Source of the DNA: a virus
DNA length: 64,000 nt
Reading direction: 5' to 3' (one strand)
IMG/VR virus record: IMGVR_UViG_3300050821_003452
Span: 12,590 to 76,589 of that record
In this document: positions 17,585-25,695 of the stretch, in pieces
Layout: each line of letters begins with the position of its first letter
Position numbering within the stretch: position 1 is the stretch's first letter
The notes under the pieces: model-generated
What the model was told of the DNA's origin: nothing
The model's database searches: none
Seen by the model: only the letters and a program-made list of their open reading frames with translations
Made by a program: the position numbers and the translations under genes

Positions 17585-18358
17585 TATAATTGCGTGATGG
17601 CATCCCGCGCTAAGATGCTTCGCAATGCACAATGACAAGTATGTTTACACTGTCAAGATTACTCTATTACCGTAGGTATCGCAACTGCGAACCTGATATA
17701 CTCAATTCCGGATATGGCTCTGGGATCGAATAGGATGACCAGCGATAAGCGATAATATCCCCGCTAGGTAACCAACCCGAAACCGCAGCCATATTGCTAG
17801 GCCTTCTAATTGAATAATATTAGGGCCATTCCGGTCATGATCATGCACCCAACGCATAACTCTGTATACTAGAGCTATGCATATAACGCGGGACAAGATA
17901 AACCAAAGACTTAACCAAACCTATGCAATATCCGCATAGCTTAGAACCAATGAACGATTATGCACCTGCAACATTCATGTGACGAATACCAATAGCTGAT
18001 ATACGAATGATAAATGAAGGCAATCGTTAGGGAAAACTGTCTTGCCGCTCTCGCCTACTGTGAAACCCATGTTGGTGTATCAGCTATTTGATGTTGCGAC
18101 TACCGCAACGTGGCTACCCCTCTACTGGGCCACCGCAAACGATAATCATTTGCATCTGATGATTGTGGTGTATCGTCAGCAAACATCATGCCAGACACCT
18201 ACGCATTACATGCATTGCACCTATGCGCCTATAGCATGGCTCATGGTGCGTTGCGGCAGGAAAAGGGACCCGGACCCGGTAGGACCCCCGTAATAGAGCG
18301 GGCCACCTGTTGGCCGTCTTTTCTGTCCCATCTTTTCTGTAATAAAATCCTAGAGAGA

Positions 18359-18420
18359 CCCACTTTGGGATTGTTGATTTCGGCTTCGCTGTTTGTGATC
18401 TCCTGATATCCCAATTTGGG
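18359..18420. promoter_or_regulatory. Two perfect CCCA-N3-TGGG copies upstream of the tagged-gene operon
   Basis: CCCACTTTGGG 18359-18369; CCCAATTTGGG 18410-18420 followed by CATAAT. Confidence 0.55.
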
Positions 18421-18445
18421 CATAATTTAGTGGTAGAGACCCAAG

Positions 18446-18739
18446 ATGTCCAGTAAAGCGCAGAAATATGATTTTCGGGTTGGGGACTTGGTGGTCTGTG
18501 CTGACATTTCGGGCGACACCAGACAACTGACGCTTGGCGTGACTTATAAAGTAGAGAAAATACTCAGGAGCCATATTCAGATTATTGGCGACCGTGGATA
18601 TCCTATTAACAGATTTGCTAGGCAATTTAAGCCGGCGCCGGTTCCCGAAGTTATTACCTCCGAAGTTATTACCTCCGATGACCAAGAATACCATGAAATC
18701 CTGAAGGCTCAAGAGATTTATGAGGATGCGACCAAATGA
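18446..18739 (+). CDS. Small SH3/KOW-like protein with C-terminal tag (B)
   Basis: FRVGDLVVC; ends DDQEYHEILKAQEIYEDATK; 15-bp tandem duplication at 18645-18674. Confidence 0.8.
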   Translation: MSSKAQKYDFRVGDLVVCADISGDTRQLTLGVTYKVEKILRSHIQIIGDRGYPINRFARQFKPAPVPEVITSEVITSDDQEYHEILKAQEIYEDATK

Positions 18740-18999
18740 AAACAGGAAATACCGTCTGGTGCATCAATGGCGGGCCGACGCCGGTTGGCGAAAGCTCGTA
18801 TCTGACTGTCGGTAAAGAATACGAAGTCGAGCTGATTACCGCCAATCATGTCCATGTTACTGGAGATCATGGATGGGTTGTGGTGCGCCGAAGGGACAGG
18901 TTCGCGTTGATGGCCCCCACGTCTCCGATGGAGAGTATGGCAGAAGAATACCATGACGCCCTCCAAGGCCAAGAAATATACGAGAGCCTGATCGAATGA
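18736..18999 (+). CDS. Small SH3/KOW-like protein with C-terminal tag (B)
   Basis: MKTGNTVWC...LTVGKEYEV; ends SPMESMAEEYHDALQGQEIYESLIE. Confidence 0.8.
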   Translation: MKTGNTVWCINGGPTPVGESSYLTVGKEYEVELITANHVHVTGDHGWVVVRRRDRFALMAPTSPMESMAEEYHDALQGQEIYESLIE

Positions 19000-19472
19000 A
19001 ATTCATGGTTGGCGATAAAGTCAGGGTGATCATTCCCCAATGGCACGGGAACCGTGAGGGTGAAGTCAATCATGCTTGCTCAATCCATGCTATCTACATA
19101 ATTGGGTGTCGCGCCGTGGTAAATTTTCTTGGTCTGTTCAAAACCAAGCCTTCCATTGCCAAGCCGCTTCAGGTGCCGGGAATATCCCCGCCGCCTCAAT
19201 TTTCCATAGGCGATATAGTTATGCTCAGGGATATAAACCCCTACAAGGGCTCGCTATCCAGCAAGAACACATATTCAGTTCTCAGGTTTATACCTCCGGA
19301 CCATCTTTGCGTTCAATCCGATACCGGAGATAATTCTTGGTATTCCGCCAGATATTTCACCTTGGTACGGCAATCGCCCCTTACGGCAGCCGACGAATAC
19401 GAAGAGATCATGAAAATTCAGGACAGCCTTGATTTAGCCGAATTTCAAGGTCATAAAGACCACAGAGACTAG
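18996..19472 (+). CDS. Double SH3/KOW-like protein with C-terminal tag (B)
   Basis: FMVGDKV and FSIGDIV units; SPLTAADEYEEIMKIQDSLD. Confidence 0.75.
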   Translation: MKFMVGDKVRVIIPQWHGNREGEVNHACSIHAIYIIGCRAVVNFLGLFKTKPSIAKPLQVPGISPPPQFSIGDIVMLRDINPYKGSLSSKNTYSVLRFIPPDHLCVQSDTGDNSWYSARYFTLVRQSPLTAADEYEEIMKIQDSLDLAEFQGHKDHRD

Positions 19473-19678
19473 CATAACATGGGTCCGTCCTCCGAAGCGG
19501 ATACCCTGCTGTAGTTGGGAAACTGGTAGAGCCCATAGTCTTCAGGTCTTGCGGCGGCCTTGTAAGCTGAGCGGCATAAACCTTGGCGGATGAAAGCCAA
19601 AACACGGCAAGTCACACCAAGACCAGCAAGCTGGTCTAAGATCAGAAGTAATTCTTCTTGGGGCTGCCGTAAATTCTA

Positions 19679-19960
19679 ATGTCTGAACCCAAACCAGAGA
19701 ACGCAAAGAACCCGGCGAGCTTCGCTCCCGGGGACTTTGTGCATTTCGAAGACTATCGGAACAAAGAAGATGTTTACGGCTATGTTACTCACGTTCAAGG
19801 CTCAGATGTATGGGTAGATGTAGATGCCGAGAATAAATGGATCGTCAGTGCATCAAGTCTGACATTTGTAATGCCCGCCAAAACACCGATGACGGACGCC
19901 GCAGAGGAATACGAAGAAACAATTCTGGCACAAGACATGATGGAAATCCTCCATGGATGA
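19679..19960 (+). CDS. Small SH3/KOW-like protein with C-terminal tag (B)
   Basis: FAPGDFV; ends TPMTDAAEEYEETILAQDMMEILHG. Confidence 0.8.
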   Translation: MSEPKPENAKNPASFAPGDFVHFEDYRNKEDVYGYVTHVQGSDVWVDVDAENKWIVSASSLTFVMPAKTPMTDAAEEYEETILAQDMMEILHG

Positions 19961-20249
19961 AGACGATAAAATCCGCCATGCCAAATCAGTTAGGCGTATT
20001 TATAATGAAGACCAGCAACAAAAAGATGAATTTGGGGCTTTGCTAAAGATCGTGGATGATAGATTTGGAGAGGAGTGGCGCTCCAAGATCATCGATCTTG
20101 TCTGGCTGGATGCAACAGACGAGATGTCTTATCGCGATCTTTATAATCTTGCCATCCATAAAGCCAAGCTAAAGCTGAATATAATTGTGCTTGATGCCAC
20201 CGAGTATGAAGAAACCATGCGCTTCTCGGATATTATGGAGACGCTATGA
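19953..20249 (+). CDS. Helical hypothetical protein with C-terminal tag (B)
   Basis: Ends DATEYEETMRFSDIMETL. Confidence 0.75.
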   Translation: MDEDDKIRHAKSVRRIYNEDQQQKDEFGALLKIVDDRFGEEWRSKIIDLVWLDATDEMSYRDLYNLAIHKAKLKLNIIVLDATEYEETMRFSDIMETL

Positions 20250-20794
20250 TGATTTGGTATTTTTTATACTTTATCTGGGCATTTACTGGCGTATCCATAA
20301 TAGGTGCGCTTGTGGTCATTCGTTATAATATCTGCATGACAAGAATGATGAATGTAAAAAGCGACTTGTGGAGCGGGTATGATTGTAATTTTTGTGCACT
20401 GGGCGAAAACTGTCATCATCTCAAGACAGAACTAAGACATATCGAATGGGATCAAGTCCACAAGTGTATGTTCTGGGGCAGGAACTATCGTCGGCATCTT
20501 GAGCCACTGACCCAGTGTGCATTGAAAGGTATTTATCCAGAAGAAAATGATTGTCCTATATTCTGGAATTCCTACAAGAATATTTACCCTCTTCTGCAAG
20601 AAAAGCAGCGACGGCAGGTTCTTGCCAATCTTACAGGCTGGAACCAACCACAGGTGATGTTTACGCATGAACTTGAATGTCTTGGTTTCAATGTCTGGGT
20701 TTTTGATAGTAAAAATAACTCTACTAATGCCGGCGCAGAAGAATATCTTGAGGCCATCAAGGCGCAGGAAATTGCAGAGCAAATGGGACTATGA
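20246..20794 (+). CDS. Membrane-anchored hypothetical protein with C-terminal tag (B)
   Basis: N-terminal TM; ends GAEEYLEAIKAQEIAEQMGL. Confidence 0.75.
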   Translation: MMIWYFLYFIWAFTGVSIIGALVVIRYNICMTRMMNVKSDLWSGYDCNFCALGENCHHLKTELRHIEWDQVHKCMFWGRNYRRHLEPLTQCALKGIYPEENDCPIFWNSYKNIYPLLQEKQRRQVLANLTGWNQPQVMFTHELECLGFNVWVFDSKNNSTNAGAEEYLEAIKAQEIAEQMGL

Positions 20795-21297
20795 AACGCA
20801 TCCTGATATGCGGCAGCAGGGAATTTTCCAATTGGGATATATTCTGGAATGCTCTACATGAGATCGCTTGGTGTTATTTTGCTAGAGGGCCGCTGGATAA
20901 TCAGGGTAATTTTACCTATGCGGTGACTGTCATCTGCGGCGGCGCAAAGGGTGCTGATACGCTTGCGATGGAATGGGCGGCAATCGAGAACGTCAATCTG
21001 GAAATCTATCTGGCTGAGTGGGACAAATTCGGCAAGTCTGCCGGCTATCGCCGCAACAAGAGAATGCTGGATGAAGGCAAGCCTGATATTGTAATTGCTT
21101 TCCCCGGTGGCATCGGGACAAAGATGATGGTGGATATCGCCAGACTGGCCAACGTGAAGATAATTAAGGTAAATGTCACTCCTGCCGGATCGCACTATGT
21201 AATAAGCGAGGACACCGCAGGCAGCCTAGACCCCGGTGCCGAAGAGTACGAGCAAATTATGGAAGCGATAGATTTAGTGGACAAAATGTCTCCATAA
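20791..21297 (+). CDS. YspA/SLOG-family (DUF2493-like) protein with C-terminal tag (B)
   Basis: RILICGSREF, GGAKGAD, AGYRRN..ML, AFPGG.GT..M; ends GAEEYEQIMEAIDLVDKMSP. Confidence 0.88.
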   Translation: MKRILICGSREFSNWDIFWNALHEIAWCYFARGPLDNQGNFTYAVTVICGGAKGADTLAMEWAAIENVNLEIYLAEWDKFGKSAGYRRNKRMLDEGKPDIVIAFPGGIGTKMMVDIARLANVKIIKVNVTPAGSHYVISEDTAGSLDPGAEEYEQIMEAIDLVDKMSP

Positions 21298-21550
21298 TGC
21301 CGCATTTCGATGCTATCTACCGCGAGATGGTCGAACCGATGACTTGCGGTGTTTGCACCAAATGCTTCAGGTATTTATCGGGTAGACGCAAAGGACAGTG
21401 CATCCATGGCGGGCCGTATTTAGGTTATGTTCATGTCGAACCAAGCGAGAATGCAGAACCGGAAGTACCGCAGGAAAATAGCGGCAATAGAGAGAAAATA
21501 CCGGAAGCGTACTCAACAGGAAATCTATGAAGATGTATTGAGGTATCAAT

Positions 21551-21802
21551 ATGCCCAAGCGCGGCAAGCATTTGAAGCCAGAAAAGCCTCTTTACCTGAA
21601 GGGGCACGCAAGGCAGATATGGAGGGTGGTTGATGGTGCGGTTCTTGACGCCTTCAAAAACCACCCCGATTATCTGACCCACAAAGGTTCTCGGAACCAG
21701 ACCGCAAGGCGCAGTGTCGTCAAGCGGGTTACTGGCTCCGTTCTGAGCTACTTGGTGCAAGCCAAGTGGGGGCGCTCCGGTGCATCGTGCCGGCGCCTGT
21801 AA
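21551..21802 (+). CDS. Hypothetical basic protein
   Basis: GAGG RBS; IWRVVDGAVLDAFKNHPDYLT. Confidence 0.6.
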   Translation: MPKRGKHLKPEKPLYLKGHARQIWRVVDGAVLDAFKNHPDYLTHKGSRNQTARRSVVKRVTGSVLSYLVQAKWGRSGASCRRL

Positions 21803-21920
21803 ATGGCAGGAAGAGTTAGCGCGAAGATGGCTCTTTTTGCCGACTGAAGAGGTTCTAACCTTTTCAGGGCGGGGAGGGAAGTTACGCTCCCTCCCCGCTA
21901 ACGTCTTGAGAGAGGGAAAT

Positions 21921-22181
21921 ATGTTTCTCACGAAAGAGCAAGCCAAAGAGACATGGTGTCCGTATGCGCATGTCGTATCGCTGCCAGCGCCAGTTATATC
22001 CGGATATAATAGAGCTTGGATAAGAGGCGGCAAAGCTGAAAATAATCATCCAGCTTGTACGGGATGCCTTGCCGATAAGTGCGCCTGTTGGCGCTGGGAA
22101 GCCTCTCTAACTGATATAGACCTGACGACTAGCTCCGTTGAGAAGCGCGGTTATTGCGGTCTGGCCGGCAGACCATGCTAG
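21921..22181 (+). CDS. Cys-rich protein, paralogue 1
   Basis: TKEQAKETWCP...CLADKCACWRW...RGYCGLAGRP. Confidence 0.75.
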   Translation: MFLTKEQAKETWCPYAHVVSLPAPVISGYNRAWIRGGKAENNHPACTGCLADKCACWRWEASLTDIDLTTSSVEKRGYCGLAGRPC

Positions 22182-22456
22182 TCACTGAACAGGAAGCCCA
22201 GAAGCGTTGGTGCCCTATGGGTCGCCAGCCGACCATGGTGCCTACAGGCGCCAACGCAAATATGTGGACGCATGTAGCCGCCAATCGTCAACCCAATGGC
22301 GACGTGCCATCCTGTCTGGGCTCTCTATGCATGGCTTGGCGATGGCATGACGAAAAAACCTATCGTGAAATTGATGTAACCACTAACGAAGTTCTGGACG
22401 AACAGCCAAGGCGAGGGTTTTGCGGGTTATTTGGGAAGCCTGAGTATGCAGAGTAA
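22175..22456 (+). CDS. Cys-rich protein, paralogue 2
   Basis: TEQEAQKRWCP...CLGSLCMAWRW...RGFCGLFGKP. Confidence 0.75.
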   Translation: MLVTEQEAQKRWCPMGRQPTMVPTGANANMWTHVAANRQPNGDVPSCLGSLCMAWRWHDEKTYREIDVTTNEVLDEQPRRGFCGLFGKPEYAE

Positions 22457-22940
22457 TTCGCGCTGCACAAAATGCGGCAAGACCAAAACGGCCAATGAAT
22501 TTGGCGTAAGGTATCGTATTTTGGTATCTGGTAAAAAATCTGGTCCATTTTTGGAAAGCTGGTGCTTGCCGTGCAAGCGCATCTATAATGGAAGAAGCGG
22601 CCCACGAAGAAGCGTCCGCAAACAAAAATTAATAGCCATGCATGGCGGCAAGTGTGTCAAGTGCCATGGCATTTTTCACCATGCGGCCTATGATTTTCAC
22701 CATAGGGACCCCTCTCAAAAACACTTCCATCTTACCGCTCTTTACGATAAGAAGTGGGATCGGTTGGTTGCGGAAGCCGCCAAATGTGATCTAATATGCT
22801 CTAACTGCCATCGCGTAATGCATTACGAAGAGGGTATTATTGTTTTTCCAAGCAAGGCCACAACGATGCTGGCCTCACGCAGGAAGGCTCGTCTGAACTA
22901 TCAACAAGATCAGGCAAATTACCGCAATAATAGGGAATAA
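22446..22940 (+). CDS. HNH endonuclease
   Basis: GGKCVKC...YDFHHRDP..K...EAAKCDLICSNCHR..H. Confidence 0.85.
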   Translation: MQSNSRCTKCGKTKTANEFGVRYRILVSGKKSGPFLESWCLPCKRIYNGRSGPRRSVRKQKLIAMHGGKCVKCHGIFHHAAYDFHHRDPSQKHFHLTALYDKKWDRLVAEAAKCDLICSNCHRVMHYEEGIIVFPSKATTMLASRRKARLNYQQDQANYRNNRE

Positions 22941-22945
22941 CAGCC

Positions 22946-23386
22946 ATGGGCGTTCTAGAAGAGCTTCACGACGAACACAAAGCCCGCCAAGAACGCATCG
23001 CCAAGGCGGCATTCAAGACAGTCGCCCTCCCACCTAAACCACTAACCATCACAAGCGAAGACCTGCCATTTGCCAGTTTTGATATTATTCTCAATGAGAT
23101 ATGTGCATATTTCGGAACTAGGGTAGAAGATATCCTTTCCTCCCGCCGCCAAGCCGATCTTGCCAAAAAACGCGCCATGCTGGCCTACATGACTTATCTG
23201 CTGACGCCTTTATCTAACCCTCAAATTGCCATAAAAATGAACCGAGACCCCACCAGCATAGGTTACGCTATCAACAGGGTCAGAAATAACCTTAGCATGC
23301 ACACCGAGACCATCGATATACTGGAAGCCAAGATCGTCCCGCTGCTGGAAGAAAAAACCCAGCGGGTCAAGAAAAGAGATAGATAG
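22946..23386 (+). CDS. DnaA C-terminal (domain IV)-like HTH protein
   Basis: ICAYFG..VEDILSSRR......R....Y....LT.LS.PQIA..MNRD.TSI.YA. Confidence 0.8.
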   Translation: MGVLEELHDEHKARQERIAKAAFKTVALPPKPLTITSEDLPFASFDIILNEICAYFGTRVEDILSSRRQADLAKKRAMLAYMTYLLTPLSNPQIAIKMNRDPTSIGYAINRVRNNLSMHTETIDILEAKIVPLLEEKTQRVKKRDR

Positions 23387-23787
23387 TGAGTACCTTCATT
23401 GCATACTTGTTGCTTGGTGTGGCTGCCGGCATCATCGCGAGTGTGATCTGGAAGCTTCTCAGCCATGAGCGCAAATTCAATAACTATGTGGCAGAGCTTC
23501 GCGGCATGACCGAGGCCATGAAGCAATCCAATCGCGAAGTCAGTGAGCTTCACTTCAGGGACATTACTGGAAGGCCGCGCATTGTGCGGATCGTGGTGGA
23601 TTATGGCCTGACCGATGAAGTGCTTTCTGACGGCTTGATAGATTTTGTCCGCTCTACCAAAGTGGCCAACAACACCGACGAGATGATATTCTCTCCCCGC
23701 GCAGTCCGAGAACTTCGCGCCAAAGGCCTTGAGCCTGATGATGTTGTCAGGCAAATGCTGATTGCATCAGGGATTATGCCGCGATGA
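23386..23787 (+). CDS. Membrane-anchored hypothetical protein
   Basis: N-terminal TM helix. Confidence 0.6.
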   Translation: MSTFIAYLLLGVAAGIIASVIWKLLSHERKFNNYVAELRGMTEAMKQSNREVSELHFRDITGRPRIVRIVVDYGLTDEVLSDGLIDFVRSTKVANNTDEMIFSPRAVRELRAKGLEPDDVVRQMLIASGIMPR

Positions 23788-24248
23788 TCTCACGCTTGCT
23801 GGATTATATGGAGAAAATAGCCAACCCAAAAAAGGAAACTCCAGTGGCAAATATAAACTCATATTATGGCATTGCCGGCACTGCGCCACCGACAGTGCCG
23901 GCTGGTGGCAGCGGTACCTATTGTTCAACCGGCAGTGCTGGCATCAGTGCTGGCATTGCTTACCATCAGCATGCCCAAGTTAACAAGGTTAATGGCATGG
24001 GCCTTCCAATGTTCCCAAGCGGACAGGTGGTGACTATTTCCTTTCGCGATGCTTATGGTGTTATGTTCTCGCTGGCGGTTGATAGCACTGTTGTTACGTT
24101 GATGAACCATATTGATGGTATCCATGGCATGGCATCAGCGCAGTTTACGCCTGTGACTAAATTCAAGATGAATGATGCAGATTTCTCCATCGATGAACTG
24201 GAGAAAGCCGAAAAGGTTATGGAAGAGTTGGGATATGAGCGAGCCTAG
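23784..24248 (+). CDS. Hypothetical protein with C-terminal tag (A)
   Basis: Ends DADFSIDELEKAEKVMEELG. Confidence 0.7.
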   Translation: MISRLLDYMEKIANPKKETPVANINSYYGIAGTAPPTVPAGGSGTYCSTGSAGISAGIAYHQHAQVNKVNGMGLPMFPSGQVVTISFRDAYGVMFSLAVDSTVVTLMNHIDGIHGMASAQFTPVTKFKMNDADFSIDELEKAEKVMEELGYERA

Positions 24249-24717
24249 TCATACCAGACCCAAAATTGTCAAAGATACTTCTCCACTCTCCAACAATAGG
24301 CAGACGATAGGTCTGCGCATCAAATGGCTTCGCGCCCAGCAGAAGCCATACATGACACAAACGCAACTGGCACAATTGGCCAAGATTTCTCAGTATAGTG
24401 TAGCGCATCTGGAGCTTGGTCGGGGAACAGATTTTAGAATTAGCACGCTGCGGAAGATAGCCAACGCCTTGGGTTGCGAAGTCTACATCAACATAAAGTC
24501 GAGACCATCGAGGGCTGAAGGGGAGTGTATGGTTCCAAGTCTTGAGTTGCCGCGCCCTGTAAGACCGAAGACCAAAAGCACGGCGAGAGGCCGGTGGCTG
24601 GCCGCAAAATTCCAACGTTCTTTTCTGAAAAAGGATCACCCGCTCGAACGGTTTCAAGAACGTGTAGACTTTTACGCAGCGAAGCGTTTGGCGCGCGAGG
24701 CCGAGAAGGACGAGTAG
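24235..24717 (+). CDS. XRE-family HTH regulator
   Basis: IGLRIKWLR...MTQTQLAQLAKISQYSVAHLELG...ISTLRKIANALG. Confidence 0.85.
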   Translation: MSEPSHTRPKIVKDTSPLSNNRQTIGLRIKWLRAQQKPYMTQTQLAQLAKISQYSVAHLELGRGTDFRISTLRKIANALGCEVYINIKSRPSRAEGECMVPSLELPRPVRPKTKSTARGRWLAAKFQRSFLKKDHPLERFQERVDFYAAKRLAREAEKDE

Positions 24718-25525
24718 AGTACCAAACATCCTTGCAGGCCGCGATCATCTGGCCAAATTCGACCGGCTCCATGCTGAAAGCAGCATCTGACCCGCCAATG
24801 GCGCGATCAATAATGAAGTGCTTCTCGATTATAGAGGCCCCAAAGGATACCGCGCCGCAAGCAGTACCAATGCCAAGAGTATGATCACTAAAGCCAACCT
24901 CATGACGGCCTCCAAGTAAACTTTTCAGGGGTCCTAATGCCGGCAAATTGGTGCCTGCTGGGTCAGCAGGGTAGTCCGATACGCAATGCAGTAGTGCCAG
25001 ATTGGACACTGACGAGAGACTGCCGGCATTATAGGCATTGATGGCGTCGATGATTTCTCGGGAAGTGGCCATGCCTGTAGATATAATTACAGGAAGGCCT
25101 GTGCTTGCTGCGTAGCGTATAAGGGGCGTGTCTATTAACTCGAAACTACTAATCTTTAAAGCTATACTATCCAGACTTGAGACTAAATCGACACCAGAGA
25201 AGTCAAATACAGATGAAAATAGCGGTATATTCTTGGTCTTGGCGTATTTGAATAGCTCCCGAACCATGTCGGGAGGCGTTTCTGCTTCTTTATACAGATC
25301 AAATAGCCTTTTTCCCTTCCACAGACCGCTCTCCAATACATAACCATCGTTTGCACAGAGCTTTTCTGCTGTATAACACTGGATTTTGATGGCATCAGCG
25401 CCTACGTCCATGGCTGCGTCCATGGTTTCGCATGCCGTCTTGACGCTACCGCCATGGTTGCTCGAAATTTCTGCCACTACATAGGGCAAATAGTCAGGAC
25501 CGATCTCTCGACTGCCTATTTTCAT
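24488..25525 (-). CDS. pseI: Pseudaminic acid synthase (NeuB family)
   Basis: VAEISSNHGG, DAIKIQ, KISSFE, IISTGMA, LLHCVSDYP, GFSDHTLG, IIEKHF, C-terminal SAF domain. Confidence 0.88.
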   Translation of the reverse strand: MKIGSREIGPDYLPYVVAEISSNHGGSVKTACETMDAAMDVGADAIKIQCYTAEKLCANDGYVLESGLWKGKRLFDLYKEAETPPDMVRELFKYAKTKNIPLFSSVFDFSGVDLVSSLDSIALKISSFELIDTPLIRYAASTGLPVIISTGMATSREIIDAINAYNAGSLSSVSNLALLHCVSDYPADPAGTNLPALGPLKSLLGGRHEVGFSDHTLGIGTACGAVSFGASIIEKHFIIDRAIGGSDAAFSMEPVEFGQMIAACKDVWYSTRPSRPRAPNASLRKSLHVLETVRAGDPFSEKNVGILRPATGLSPCFWSSVLQGAATQDLEPYTPLQPSMVSTLC

Positions 25526-25695
25526 TTTTCTAACTCACCCAGAAGCTTTGAAATCTTCTTATCGGCCTTACGGATGTTCCTGAGAACCATTTTAGTTCTA
25601 GTTGGAGCGCAATTAATGGCGATTTCCAATATTTTCATCCATAGGTCATTGTTTCTAGCCCTAATTTCCTTGATCTTATATAGTTTTTTTCTCAT
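25522..25695 (-). CDS. 57-aa hypothetical protein within the sugar cluster
   Basis: MRKKLYKIKEIRARNNDLWMKILEIA...; ATGA overlaps at both ends. Confidence 0.6.
   Translation of the reverse strand: MRKKLYKIKEIRARNNDLWMKILEIAINCAPTRTKMVLRNIRKADKKISKLLGELEK

Noticed and set aside
19473-19550. HDV-like or hammerhead ribozyme
   Set aside because: No P1 partner or catalytic C in J4/2 could be placed, and there is no CUGAUGA/GAAA core.
4257-24248. C-terminal tag as only a DNA repeat or an RBS artefact
   Set aside because: Synonymous codon variation runs throughout, only the last 2-3 codons overlap the next RBS, and the tag also occurs on genes with no coupled downstream gene (6316, 8781).
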